This document shows, one piece after another, positions 27,800 through 38,082 of a stretch of 64,000 bases of DNA. The notes under the pieces were generated by a model that was not told where the DNA came from, did no database searches, and saw nothing but the letters and a program-made list of their open reading frames with translations. How positions within the stretch are numbered: position 1 is the first letter of the stretch; each line of letters opens with the position of its first letter. The position numbers and the translations under genes are program-made. Origin of the DNA: Ylistrum balloti (lineage: Eukaryota); contig NW_026781935.1 of the NCBI RefSeq assembly GCF_031769215.1, positions 1 to 64,000 of the forward strand, read 5' to 3'.

Positions 27800-29005
27800 A
27801 TGAGCCCACTACAACGAATTAATAAAATATTAACTGAATTCTCTATCCCTTTAATAATAGGAGTTATCATTGCGTTGTTTTGGAATAATTATGATGGGGA
27901 AAGTTTCAATGAAATAAGTTATCTAAACTTCATCAGCCATGACTTTTTGCCAGGCTTCACTTTCCTTGGACATAAAATTACTTTTTACTTTTTGGTAAAT
28001 GACATTTTTATGGTTTTCTTTTTTGGAATTGCTAGTATTGAAATCACGACTGCTTTTTTGAAGGGTGGTCCTCTTAATCCCATTTCTAAATCGATTAATC
28101 CACTCTTTGGAACTTTGGGAGGTATTCTGGGACCTATTGGGATTTTTTTCTTATTTGCTTTCTCACTTCCACTTGATAATCTTTTAGCACAAGCTACTTT
28201 TAAAGACATTGTCAATGGTTGGGGTGTGCCTACTGCTACGGACATTGCCTTAGTTTGGCTTTTTGCGGGAATGATTTTTGGCAGAAAGCATCCAGTGATT
28301 AGTTTCCTGCTACTTTTGGCAATTGCAGATGACGCCATTGGTTTGATTATTATCGCAGTGTTTTATCCATCCCCTGAATATACAGTGGAACCGATTTTCT
28401 TGTTGATAAACCTAGTCGCTATATTCATAGCCATGGGTTTAAGAAAGAAAAATGTTCAAAATATTTGGGCCTACTTTATTTTAGCTGGTATTCCTTCATG
28501 GATTGGGCTACTTCTCACTCATGTGCATCCCGCACTGGCACTCGTTCCTATCCTTCCCTTTCTTCCGTCTAAAGGGAAAGGGACAGATCATAAAGAAGAA
28601 GCGCCCCTTTATAAGTTTGAACATGTTTTTAAAAACAAAGTGGATATCGGATTGTTTTTTTTTGGTATTGCGAATGCAGGTGTCAGTTTTGGGGTAATCA
28701 ATGGATTAACAGCTATGATTTTCTTTGCTCTTTTTCTTGGAAAGCCCATTGGCATTTTTTCTTTTTGTTTTGTTGCTAAAGTCTTTTTTAAATTTGATCT
28801 TCCCGATCATGTTGGTTATAAAAGCCTTCTCATAGCAGGAGTTATTTCAGGCACAGGTCTTACTGTTGCTTTATTTGTTTCGGGGCAGGCCTATGTTGAT
28901 CCTCTATTGCAAAGTTCGGCTAAAATGGGAGCTTTGCTATCAGTATTTTGCGTTCCAGTGGCATGGTTTTTAGCAAAATTATTTAAAATCAAGAAATTTA
29001 GATAA
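27800..29005 (+). CDS. nhaA: Na+/H+ antiporter NhaA
   Basis: VNDIFMVFFFG, GWGVPTATDIA, LAIADD, GKPIGI, GTGLTVALF. Confidence 0.95.
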   Translation: MSPLQRINKILTEFSIPLIIGVIIALFWNNYDGESFNEISYLNFISHDFLPGFTFLGHKITFYFLVNDIFMVFFFGIASIEITTAFLKGGPLNPISKSINPLFGTLGGILGPIGIFFLFAFSLPLDNLLAQATFKDIVNGWGVPTATDIALVWLFAGMIFGRKHPVISFLLLLAIADDAIGLIIIAVFYPSPEYTVEPIFLLINLVAIFIAMGLRKKNVQNIWAYFILAGIPSWIGLLLTHVHPALALVPILPFLPSKGKGTDHKEEAPLYKFEHVFKNKVDIGLFFFGIANAGVSFGVINGLTAMIFFALFLGKPIGIFSFCFVAKVFFKFDLPDHVGYKSLLIAGVISGTGLTVALFVSGQAYVDPLLQSSAKMGALLSVFCVPVAWFLAKLFKIKKFR

Positions 29006-29027
29006 AACATTCTTTTAGGGTTATTAG

Positions 29028-31652
29028 TTGAAATTAAAAGATTTTTTTTACGAAAAGGTCGTTTTAAACTACGAAATCTATAAAAATGTTCTTCTAACTT
29101 TACCTTTCAGTGATGTTGAAAAATTTGGTGTTTTGCTTTCTCTTTTTTCACAATCTTGCGAGAAAGGAATTGAAAATAAAGAAAATGCCAAGACGATCGT
29201 TGATAACTTTTTTCTCAATCAAATAAAAGACTTTTCTTCCTTTTCTTTCAAGAGGACGGATACCTTATTTAAATTTATTCAATTCATTGAGCGACAAGTC
29301 ACTATTTTTGATTCTTTAGAAGATGTGGCATTTGATGACATTCATGATACTAAGGGTAAGGGTACCTTAAACTATTTTTTAAATTTAGTTAATGCAAATT
29401 GGAAATCGAAGGAGTTAGAAAGAAAAATTAGAAATTTCAAGGTAATGGTGGTGCTTACTGCCCATCCCACTCAGTTTTACTCAACTCATGTATTGGATAT
29501 TCTCCACCGTCTTAATGTGGCCTTTACTAAGAAAGACTCTTCGCATATTCGCACACTTTTAAAACAGCTTGGCAAAACTAGTTTTTATAATCGCCAAAGA
29601 CTCACCCCCATTGAAGAAGCTAAAACCATTCTAGTCTACCTTAAGCGAGTATTCTATCACAATATTCCTAAGATTGTTGAGAAGCTGGAGAAACAAATTC
29701 ATTTTATTCTAAGTCAAGACTACTCCATGCAGCCCTTGGAAAATTTTATCAAAGTGGGGTTTTGGCCAGGTGGTGATCGCGACGGTAATCCTTTCGTTAC
29801 ATCGGATATTTCATTAGAAGTAGCTCGATTATTAAAAAAATCAATTATCCAATGTTATGTAAAGGATCTTAAAAGGCTACGAAAAACCCTTACTTTCACT
29901 GGAGTCCATGATGAAATCAAGTTGGCCACCAATAGGCTGAAAAAAACTTTATTTAAAAATGGAAATAACGATGAAGACCGATATGACAGTTTTGAAGATT
30001 TTAGACAGCATCTGTCTTTTATCAGAGAAATTATTGAAAAAAAACATGAGGGTATTTTTCTCGACAAGTTTGATCGTTTTATCAAAAAGGTTAATTGCTT
30101 TGAATTTTATTTTTCTACATTGGATATTAGGCAGAATAGCAGTGTTTACACTAAAACGATTGAGGAGATTTATTTATTCTTAGAGAAGAAAAATTATTCG
30201 GAGCTTAATGAGAAACAGAAGATTAAATTTCTTGTGCAAGTCCAAAAAATAAAAAAGCAACATACCAATCTATTAACTCAACTAATTAAACACGAAGGTT
30301 TTGAAGAACTCACCCGAGAAACGCTTAAAACTGTAGAGGTAAGTTATCAAATTCAAAAGGAAAACGGAGTTGAAGGGCTCCGCCGCTATATCATTAGCAA
30401 TTCCCAATCAGTTGTCAATGTTTTGGAAGTTTACTTTTTACTTGAGCTTGGAAATGTTCAAGAGAAATTACCATTCAACATCATTCCGCTTTTTGAAACC
30501 ATGCAGGATTTGGACAATGTAGATACTACCATGGATAAACTCTATCAAGTCCCCACCTACATGAAACATCTTAAAACTCACCAAAACAACCAAGTGGTCA
30601 TGCTTGGGTTTTCTGATGGTACTAAGGATGGAGGATACATTGGTGCTAACTGGAGTATTTTCAATGCTAAAGAAAAAATTACACGAGTATCAAGGAAGCA
30701 TAAAATCAAGGTAGTTTTTTTTGATGGACGAGGTGGTCCTCCAGCTCGAGGAGGAGGTGAGACTAATAAATTTTATTCTTCACTTGGTAAGAAAATAGAA
30801 AATTATGAAATTCAACTCACCGTGCAAGGACAGACCATCAGTTCCAAGTATGGTACAAGCAAGTCCTTTTGTTATAATATTGAACAACTTTTAATTGCAG
30901 GATTGGAAGAAAAACTCTTTGGTCATGAACAAAATAACCTCAACAAAAAAAATCGCACCTTGCTTACCGAAATGGCACGGTATAGTTTTGAGGCTTACGA
31001 TGAATTAAAAAAACATCCTCAGTTTAGCAACTATTTAAGTGAAGCCACCCCACTTAACTTTTATGGACAAGCGAATATTGGAAGTAGGCCTGTTAAACGG
31101 AATAAAGAAGCTCGATTGACGCTTAATAATTTAAGGGCTATTCCTTTTGTTAGTTCATGGAATCAAGTCAAACAAAACATTCCTGCTTACTATGGAGTGG
31201 GGATAGCCATTGAGAAGATGATCGAAAAAGGAAAAGGAAAGGACATCATCAATCTCTACAAGCAATCTTCATTCTTTAGAACCTTGATGGGTAACTCCAT
31301 GCAAGCTCTTCTTAAAACTAATTTAGCCTATACTATCCATCTTAAAGAGGACAAGAAGTTTCACAGTATCTGGAAAAAAATTGAAAGAGAAACCAAGCTA
31401 GCGAACAAAATGATAGCTTGGATGATAGGCAAGAAAACATTATTTACATCAAACAGTATGAATGAACATTCTATCGTCTTTAGAGAAAAAATTGTTTCTC
31501 CATTGGTCATCATTCAGCAATATGCTCTTATCAAGCTGCTTGAATGTAGGAGAGGGGAAATCAAACTAAGTGAAAAAGAAATCAACAATTACGAAAAAAT
31601 TATTATTCGATCCATGCCAGGCATCATTAATGCTGGGCGGAACTCAGCCTGA
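29028..31652 (+). CDS. ppc: Phosphoenolpyruvate carboxylase
   Basis: LTAHPT, GGDRDGNPFVT, PLFET, MLGFSDGTKDGG, GRGGPPARGGG, LRAIPFV, C-terminal RNSA; TTG start. Confidence 0.96.
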   Translation: MKLKDFFYEKVVLNYEIYKNVLLTLPFSDVEKFGVLLSLFSQSCEKGIENKENAKTIVDNFFLNQIKDFSSFSFKRTDTLFKFIQFIERQVTIFDSLEDVAFDDIHDTKGKGTLNYFLNLVNANWKSKELERKIRNFKVMVVLTAHPTQFYSTHVLDILHRLNVAFTKKDSSHIRTLLKQLGKTSFYNRQRLTPIEEAKTILVYLKRVFYHNIPKIVEKLEKQIHFILSQDYSMQPLENFIKVGFWPGGDRDGNPFVTSDISLEVARLLKKSIIQCYVKDLKRLRKTLTFTGVHDEIKLATNRLKKTLFKNGNNDEDRYDSFEDFRQHLSFIREIIEKKHEGIFLDKFDRFIKKVNCFEFYFSTLDIRQNSSVYTKTIEEIYLFLEKKNYSELNEKQKIKFLVQVQKIKKQHTNLLTQLIKHEGFEELTRETLKTVEVSYQIQKENGVEGLRRYIISNSQSVVNVLEVYFLLELGNVQEKLPFNIIPLFETMQDLDNVDTTMDKLYQVPTYMKHLKTHQNNQVVMLGFSDGTKDGGYIGANWSIFNAKEKITRVSRKHKIKVVFFDGRGGPPARGGGETNKFYSSLGKKIENYEIQLTVQGQTISSKYGTSKSFCYNIEQLLIAGLEEKLFGHEQNNLNKKNRTLLTEMARYSFEAYDELKKHPQFSNYLSEATPLNFYGQANIGSRPVKRNKEARLTLNNLRAIPFVSSWNQVKQNIPAYYGVGIAIEKMIEKGKGKDIINLYKQSSFFRTLMGNSMQALLKTNLAYTIHLKEDKKFHSIWKKIERETKLANKMIAWMIGKKTLFTSNSMNEHSIVFREKIVSPLVIIQQYALIKLLECRRGEIKLSEKEINNYEKIIIRSMPGIINAGRNSA

Positions 31653-31655
31653 TTG

Positions 31656-32588
31656 CTATTTTGAAAGAGGGTGGTACTGGGTATAACGTTTTTTCAATAA
31701 CTCGGGTGAAAGGTGGGTATAAACTTGAGTGGAGGCGATAGATCGGTGACGAAGAGCCTTCTGTACTTGTTTAATTCCTGCCCCATTTTTTAAAAGATGT
31801 GTTGCCATGGAATGCCTTAAAGCGTGGGGGTGAGTGACCTCTTGGTGGTTGTTCTTTAATCTTTCTTGAAAAGAATAGCGAATCCCCCTTACTGTTAGTG
31901 GATCACCTAAATGATTGCAAAGAAGCATTCCATGATCCTCTTTTTTACAATTTTTAATAAAATTCTTTCTTATTATTTTATAAGAAGAAAGTTCATTAAT
32001 CAATATGGGAGAGAGAGGAACTAAATGATAATGTCCTCCCTTAGCTAAAATAAGAACTACCTTCTTTTTTAAATCAATATTATTAATTTTTATTTGAGCC
32101 AATTCTGAAATTCTTAGCCCTAAACCATAGAGGAAAATAAAAACTAATCGATCTCGAATACTCAAGTAATTTTCTTCGGGGTATTCCTTAAATTTATTAA
32201 TCATTTTCTTAATTTTTTTTTCGGAAACCCATTCGGGAATAGTTTGGGTTTTTTTGAATTTTCCCAATTGTTTAGCTGGAGAATGATTGATGACTTCTTG
32301 CTTCACTAAGAAATCAAAAAAAACTGAAAGTGAACAGCGATATCGATAGATAGTAGCATTGGAGTATTTTTTTTCAAAACAGTCTTTTAAAAATAATCTC
32401 AAGGTTGTCCTTTCCTTCCATTCATGGTATTGGTTTTTTCCACAAAAGGCTAAATATTTATTTATGTCTTTCACATATCCTTGGACGGTATGAGGTGAAA
32501 AGCTTTTGATATAAAAAAGGTAGTCATTAAATTCTAATAGATGGTGATCTATCTTTTCAAAAATCTTGTTAATTTGCTTGATTTTCAT
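31656..32588 (-). CDS. xerC: Tyrosine recombinase XerC/XerD family
   Basis: SAM-like N-domain (SPHTVQGY), GLRISE, HPHALRHSMATHLL, catalytic TQVYTH. Confidence 0.85.
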   Translation of the reverse strand: MKIKQINKIFEKIDHHLLEFNDYLFYIKSFSPHTVQGYVKDINKYLAFCGKNQYHEWKERTTLRLFLKDCFEKKYSNATIYRYRCSLSVFFDFLVKQEVINHSPAKQLGKFKKTQTIPEWVSEKKIKKMINKFKEYPEENYLSIRDRLVFIFLYGLGLRISELAQIKINNIDLKKKVVLILAKGGHYHLVPLSPILINELSSYKIIRKNFIKNCKKEDHGMLLCNHLGDPLTVRGIRYSFQERLKNNHQEVTHPHALRHSMATHLLKNGAGIKQVQKALRHRSIASTQVYTHLSPELLKKRYTQYHPLSK

Positions 32589-32716
32589 GCACTGCTTTTA
32601 ATCATCGTCATCGAATCAAGGAAAATCAAGAAAACAAGTAGGGGAGGGTGTGATCATGATTTAACTGTTCTTATCTTTTCTTGGCTACTCGTTGATTGAC
32701 TCTCTGACTATAAGAT

Positions 32717-33496
32717 TTGAAAAATGGTAGCTCGTCAATAAGTTGTTCATTATACAATATAATAATCAATAATAATCAATTTAATAAGCAATTGGAAACG
32801 CCTTTAATCATAGAACTTGTTGATGAATTCTTTCGTAAAAAAGAATTAAATGTTGATCAATTGGATCATAAAAAAATCATTCAGCAAATTCAATCTCAAT
32901 GCCAAGCAAGTCTCCAGCGTGAATCCTCTTCATTGGAAATGATTAATACCTTTATCTCGACTCAGGAAGATGCCCTCATGATTGACGACCAACCGAAATT
33001 AGTCATTGATGCAGGGGGCACAAATCTACGGGTTGTCGTCATTGACCCTTGTCAAGGCAATCCTGAAATAAAATATTTTAAAAACTATCCTATGCCAGGA
33101 TCACTTGGTCCTATTGACAAGGATACTTTTTTTAATGCCATTGCAGACTACCTCCTTCCTCTCATCAAGGACTTTACTATTATTCAATTTTGTTTTTCTT
33201 ATTCAACGAACGTGCTTGAAACCGGTGAAGGCATCGTTAATTTTTTATCCAAAGAAATTGCTATTGAAGATTTAGTCGGGAAGCCCCTAAAAAAAAATCT
33301 CTTAGAAGCATTAAGAAAAAGAGGTGTTAACCATGTTCAAGATGTGATCATCCTCAACGACACCACGGCTGTCTTGTTAGCCTGTTATTATGCAAAGAAA
33401 ATCTTAAAAAAGGAAGCAAGTGAAGATGTGGGATTCCTCGGTTTAGTTTGGGGGACAGGGTTTAATATTGCTTATGAAGAAAATTTTTTTTTTTAA
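32717..33496 (+). CDS. Eukaryote-type hexokinase, N-terminal part (frameshifted)
   Basis: SSLEMINTFI, VIDAGGTNLRV, FCFSY, ILNDTTAVL, GLVWGTGFN; stops at TAA right after a T11 run. Confidence 0.85.
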   Translation: MKNGSSSISCSLYNIIINNNQFNKQLETPLIIELVDEFFRKKELNVDQLDHKKIIQQIQSQCQASLQRESSSLEMINTFISTQEDALMIDDQPKLVIDAGGTNLRVVVIDPCQGNPEIKYFKNYPMPGSLGPIDKDTFFNAIADYLLPLIKDFTIIQFCFSYSTNVLETGEGIVNFLSKEIAIEDLVGKPLKKNLLEALRKRGVNHVQDVIILNDTTAVLLACYYAKKILKKEASEDVGFLGLVWGTGFNIAYEENFFF

Positions 33497-34154
33497 GCAA
33501 TCCTATATTGTGAATACTGAATGTGGCAACTTTGATGGTTTCCCGATGACCTTCATCGATATAGAGATTGACAGGCATTCACAATATCCGGGTTCAGGAT
33601 TGGCAGAAAAAAAAATTTCTGGCTATTATTTCGGAATTCTATTTTTAAAAACCTTGAAAAGTTTTGATAAAATGTTTCTTGCTAGTGAAGGTTTTAACGA
33701 TGATTTAAGTCAAATCATCCAGCAATGTAATGAATATAAATCGGAGGATGTTTCAAAACTTCTTTCTCAAGATACTAAAAGTTTTCGCCTAAATGAAGTG
33801 TTTTTCTTCTACGAACTCCATGATCAAAAAAAGAAATTAAAATTGAATGGTAGGGATTTCCAAATTTTAATAGCAATCGCTAAGAAATTATTAGAGAGAG
33901 CTTCCTTTTTAACTAGCTTACTTACTACGGCATTCATTCTTCAATCCTTAGGGCTACCTTTAAAAAAATCCAATAGAAAATTCTTTTTGCTTTTAGATGG
34001 AAGCATGATTTCTAAAATGCCTGGACTAAAAAAAATTTTTAATCAGCATCTTAGTACTTTTTCTAAAAAGTATGGGTTTGAGGTAGAGATCTTTGAGGTG
34101 GATAATGCACCATTGATAGGAACAAGCATCGCTTGTTATTCTTTAGAGGAATAA
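33468..34154 (+). CDS. Eukaryote-type hexokinase, C-terminal part (other frame)
   Basis: IVNTECGNF, AEKKISGYYFG, DGSM, LIGTS; joins the N-part in frame if the T-run were 10 nt. Confidence 0.8.
   Translation: MLMKKIFFFKQSYIVNTECGNFDGFPMTFIDIEIDRHSQYPGSGLAEKKISGYYFGILFLKTLKSFDKMFLASEGFNDDLSQIIQQCNEYKSEDVSKLLSQDTKSFRLNEVFFFYELHDQKKKLKLNGRDFQILIAIAKKLLERASFLTSLLTTAFILQSLGLPLKKSNRKFFLLLDGSMISKMPGLKKIFNQHLSTFSKKYGFEVEIFEVDNAPLIGTSIACYSLEE
33484..33494 (+). repeat. T11 homopolymer at the hexokinase frameshift
   Basis: GAAAA-T11-AAGCAA read directly. Confidence 0.9.
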
Positions 34155-34156
34155 AA

Positions 34157-35671
34157 TTAGATTTTGATGAAACGAAGGGGGTTCACAAATTTCCCCTTGT
34201 GTTTGACTTCAAAATGTAGGTGTGGCCCTGTTGAAAGACCAGTGTTGCCGACTCTCCCGATAAATTGTCCTTTCTTCACTTTTTGGTTTTTCTTCACCCA
34301 AATAGCATTTAAGTGGGCATAGGTGGTTTGATATCCGTTACGGTGCTTGATCACAATGAATTTACCATATCCACCGTTTTTCCTAGCTAAAACGACCACA
34401 CCGTCGGCTGCTGCTTTAACTTTTTCATTATTGTTCTTGGCAATATCAATACCTGTGTGGAAAAAGCGTCCAGCTTTAATGGGGTGGATCCGAAATCCGT
34501 ATTTGGAAGAAAGTACTCCACTAACTGGGCTACTAAAAATCCTTCCAAAAATATTGTCCTTTTGATTTTCTGTATAGCTGGCCCCATGGAGAAAAATGGT
34601 TTGACCTACCTTGATGTAATTATCAATTTTATTGTATTCCTCAATTTTGGCAATGGGAATATTGAATTCTTTGGAAATATCATAGAGGGAGTCCTTTTTC
34701 TTAACTCGATAAAAAATACCTGACCATTCAGGAATTAACAAATTCTTACCATTCGGGAGTGATTCTGGATTGGTGATTTGGTTCAAAGAAATAATGCTAT
34801 CGATACTCACCTGGTATTTCTTTGAAATACTCCAAAGAGATTCCCCCTTCTTCATTCGATGTTTATTGTACTCAAAAATTTTTTTCAAGATGTCTTCTTT
34901 TTTAGGTCGGTTAAAAGGATTCTCAAAGCTATTGTCACTTGGCAGTAGTTGATTATTTTGATCCATCCAATCGCCGATGGAATCTTCTGAAATGATTTCA
35001 TTGGTGGATTCTAAGTTAATAATTTGCTCATATTTAGATGGTAATTGCTTTTGTTTGTCTATAATCTTTTTAAAGTCTCCTTTAAGAGTGAATTCTGGAT
35101 GGATCTTGGTATATCTTAGATTACCAAGTGGCTTGTCTAAAACGACAACTTCTGGGTATTCATTCAAGGACTTATTTAGAGATTTTAAAGTTTGGTCACT
35201 TTCAATTGCTGACGAATTTTCTTCAGCTTGCAAATTTGATTCAATCCAATTAAGGAAAAAACTCTTTTCATGTTCAGCATCTAAATAAAAGAAAGGGAAA
35301 AGTAAAATCAAAACAAAAAAAATGAAGTAATATTTCATCCACTTTCTAGGACCTGATTCAATCAGTTTATCTTGATGTTTTTCTTCAATGATTGGTTGAT
35401 TCTCGTTGGATAGGTAGTTATAATCAGCAGGAGGAGATTCGTTTCTTTTCCTAAAATTAATTTTAGGAGAAATTTTGAAAGAAAAAGAGAGTGATTTTTT
35501 AATTTTTTTGACTGAAGACCAAAATTTAGTTAAAAAACTAACTTTCGACTTTAAAGAATTAAATCGTTTATTTTTCTTATATTTATTTTTTTTAAAGGTT
35601 TTTTTCTTATTCTTATAATGATTACCTTGTGAGGCAATAAATTTACCATAATGTGACTTAAAAGATATCAA
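34157..35671 (-). CDS. Membrane-anchored LysM + M23 peptidase
   Basis: TM helix, two LysM repeats (GESLWSISKKY, KDSLYDISKEF), HTGID, TTYAHL, STGPHLHFEV. Confidence 0.93.
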   Translation of the reverse strand: MISFKSHYGKFIASQGNHYKNKKKTFKKNKYKKNKRFNSLKSKVSFLTKFWSSVKKIKKSLSFSFKISPKINFRKRNESPPADYNYLSNENQPIIEEKHQDKLIESGPRKWMKYYFIFFVLILLFPFFYLDAEHEKSFFLNWIESNLQAEENSSAIESDQTLKSLNKSLNEYPEVVVLDKPLGNLRYTKIHPEFTLKGDFKKIIDKQKQLPSKYEQIINLESTNEIISEDSIGDWMDQNNQLLPSDNSFENPFNRPKKEDILKKIFEYNKHRMKKGESLWSISKKYQVSIDSIISLNQITNPESLPNGKNLLIPEWSGIFYRVKKKDSLYDISKEFNIPIAKIEEYNKIDNYIKVGQTIFLHGASYTENQKDNIFGRIFSSPVSGVLSSKYGFRIHPIKAGRFFHTGIDIAKNNNEKVKAAADGVVVLARKNGGYGKFIVIKHRNGYQTTYAHLNAIWVKKNQKVKKGQFIGRVGNTGLSTGPHLHFEVKHKGKFVNPLRFIKI

Positions 35672-35880
35672 TTTTATATTTTTAGTTCTAACTTATATTA
35701 TTTTCGGTTGTTTGAGATTAAAAATAAAAAAATTTAATATCAAAACAACTATTCAAACTTTGAATTTATATCAAAGTCATGACAAAACTTATCAAAAAAT
35801 CGTCATGAGAAAAACCGATTTATTTTATAATTTTAAGGCACTTTTTCTAAAAAAAAAATCAATATACTTCTATAAAGACC

Positions 35881-37302
35881 TTGAGAAATAATCCCAAAAT
35901 TACAAAACACTTTATATTTTTACTTTTACTCCTAACTCTTACGAATTGTTTTAAAAGATACACTAAAAGTGAACACATCATTGCTGTTGATGACTATTTT
36001 GTTAATCGGCAATTCGCTCAAGCATTGGATGCGATTCGACCACGCACTCTCAAATCTCAAGATAAAGATAAATTACTATATTTAATGGAAGCAGGGAGCA
36101 TCTTACACACAATGGGAGAATGGGAGAAAAGCAACCTAGTTTTTGAAGAAGCTAATGAAATAGCAGACAAAATCACTAAAAGTTTTTCAAAAGAACTTCT
36201 CTCATTCTTCATTAATGAAAGCAAGAATAGTTATAAGGGAGAGAGTTTTGAGAGAGTAAAAATTAAGCTTTATATTGCATTGAATTACATTTTGCAAAAT
36301 GATTTTGAAAGTGCAAGAAGGTTTTTCCGTCTTCTTAATCAAGAGTTGAAGGACATCCGGGATTTGGATAAGGATTATAAGCAAAACCAGGCAGCTCGAT
36401 ACTTAGGGGCTATCTTAGCTGAAAGAATGGGAGATTACAACGACGCTCGTGTGCAATACAACAATATGCTATTGTCACAGAGGTTCACTGATATTGCCAA
36501 GGAAGGGTTATTTGTTATTGCAAAATTAGAGCAAGATCAAGAAGATATAAAAACTTTCGAAGAATGGTCTGACCTCCCTTCCTATGGAATGCTAAATAGT
36601 AATTTTCAAAAAATAGATTTTAACGAAGATCTAGGTAGCCTTGTTGTCATCCATGAATCGGGACTTGCTCCAATTAAAGTATCTCGTGGCAAGATAGGGG
36701 AGGACGAAATTTTCCAAGTTTTCTTGAAAGGAACCATCAATACAGCGATTAGAACTGAAGGATATAGCGGTGTTGATGAAGCAGTGTTATTGGGAATGAT
36801 AGCCGAAGGTGAAAATCCCATTCCTATCTATTCCCCAAGAAAACAAAAAAATGTTGTCATGTCACCCATGTTGTCTATCTCAAATATTCAATTCAGCTCT
36901 GTTAGTATGGATAATTACACTACTACGGCTATACAAAATTACAATGATCATTATTCAGATTATGTTAGTAAAAATGTTCTTAGCATTGTTGTAAAGGTGC
37001 TCTCCGTATATGCAACGAAGACACTTGTTAAGTCCAGTCAAAAGGATAGTGATTTAGGAGATTTTTTAGGATTATTAATCAGTGCTGTCGGGGGGGGAGT
37101 TGTCGCATCAACTCTGGGACCGGACCTTCGTGCATGGAATCTAACTTATGATAATTTACAAATCAAAAGAATATGGCTTAGTCCTGGAAAGTACTCTCTT
37201 AATATTTTTGCTCCCCAAAATGTCAATTATTTAAGCAATCATTCTAAAGAAGTCGTCATTGAGCAGGGAAAAAGCAGTTTTGTTTTGATTAAAAGTTTTT
37301 AA
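35881..37302 (+). CDS. COG3014-like TPR lipoprotein
   Basis: Lipobox LTNC; LLYLMEAG...SNLVFEEA, SYKGESFE, DLRAW motifs. Confidence 0.75.
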   Translation: MRNNPKITKHFIFLLLLLTLTNCFKRYTKSEHIIAVDDYFVNRQFAQALDAIRPRTLKSQDKDKLLYLMEAGSILHTMGEWEKSNLVFEEANEIADKITKSFSKELLSFFINESKNSYKGESFERVKIKLYIALNYILQNDFESARRFFRLLNQELKDIRDLDKDYKQNQAARYLGAILAERMGDYNDARVQYNNMLLSQRFTDIAKEGLFVIAKLEQDQEDIKTFEEWSDLPSYGMLNSNFQKIDFNEDLGSLVVIHESGLAPIKVSRGKIGEDEIFQVFLKGTINTAIRTEGYSGVDEAVLLGMIAEGENPIPIYSPRKQKNVVMSPMLSISNIQFSSVSMDNYTTTAIQNYNDHYSDYVSKNVLSIVVKVLSVYATKTLVKSSQKDSDLGDFLGLLISAVGGGVVASTLGPDLRAWNLTYDNLQIKRIWLSPGKYSLNIFAPQNVNYLSNHSKEVVIEQGKSSFVLIKSF

Positions 37303-37337
37303 AAATATTCGAATATACTAATTACAAATGAATACTA

Positions 37338-38078
37338 ATGGAAAATTTAGAAGACTTAAAAAATAACTTTCATCCCAGTTCCACTGTTATGACTCCCCAT
37401 CCCAAGGTTGTTTGTGGTTTCTTTTCCCGTTTTGATGGCTTGGATCATCCTCTTTTTAAGAGCTTTAGGATTATTAGTTTCAAACAAGTTCACGGAAACG
37501 ATATTTGTATCATAAAAAATCAGGAAGATTTAAAAAAACTTAATCAAGAAAGAGAATATGATGGAAGTATTAGTTATTTGCAGAATAGCGTCATCCAAAT
37601 CAGAACTGCAGATTGCGTACCCATTTTATTTTATAGTAAAAGAAATAATACCTCAAAGGGTGAAATTTCGCTAATTGGTGCACTCCATTGTGGTTGGCGG
37701 TCATTAGTTTCCGGAATTATAAAAAAAACCTTGAATATAGTGAAAAAAGACTCCAAAGTGGAAATAAAAGATCTTTTTTTTTTAATTGGACCATCCGTTT
37801 GTCAAAATTGCTACGAAGTCGGAGAAGAGCTTTTGGAACAATTTTTAGCTAATCAACTCTTTAATGAGTCAGAAAAAGATGATTTTTTTAAACCTTGCGG
37901 AAAAGGCAAGTTTTTAGCTGACTTAAAAAAAATAGCAAAAAAAGTCCTAACTAATAATAAAATAAATAAAGACAATATTTGGATAAACCCAATATGTACC
38001 GTTTGTCATAACGACTATTATTCTTACAGAGAAAATAAAACTCAAATGAGAAATATTAATTTTATTGCATTAAGATGA
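37338..38078 (+). CDS. pgeF: Peptidoglycan editing factor / YfiH laccase-domain protein
   Basis: QVHGN, TADCVPIL, LHCGWR, IGPSVCQNCYEVG, CTVC, YSYR. Confidence 0.93.
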   Translation: MENLEDLKNNFHPSSTVMTPHPKVVCGFFSRFDGLDHPLFKSFRIISFKQVHGNDICIIKNQEDLKKLNQEREYDGSISYLQNSVIQIRTADCVPILFYSKRNNTSKGEISLIGALHCGWRSLVSGIIKKTLNIVKKDSKVEIKDLFFLIGPSVCQNCYEVGEELLEQFLANQLFNESEKDDFFKPCGKGKFLADLKKIAKKVLTNNKINKDNIWINPICTVCHNDYYSYRENKTQMRNINFIALR

Positions 38079-38082
38079 TCAA

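Noticed and set aside
16435-32588. Prophage or integrative element suggested by the phage-like topoisomerase and the tyrosine recombinase
   Set aside because: Intervening genes are housekeeping; no structural phage genes, att repeats or transposases
35701-35728. Third sigma28-like promoter upstream of the LysM-M23 gene
   Set aside because: ACCGAAAA is present but there is no TAAA at the right spacing
6201-37098. G8 tracts in dxs (~6202) and the COG3014 lipoprotein (~37090) as phase-variation sites
   Set aside because: Both are in frame and encode ordinary Gly-rich segments; nothing indicates variation
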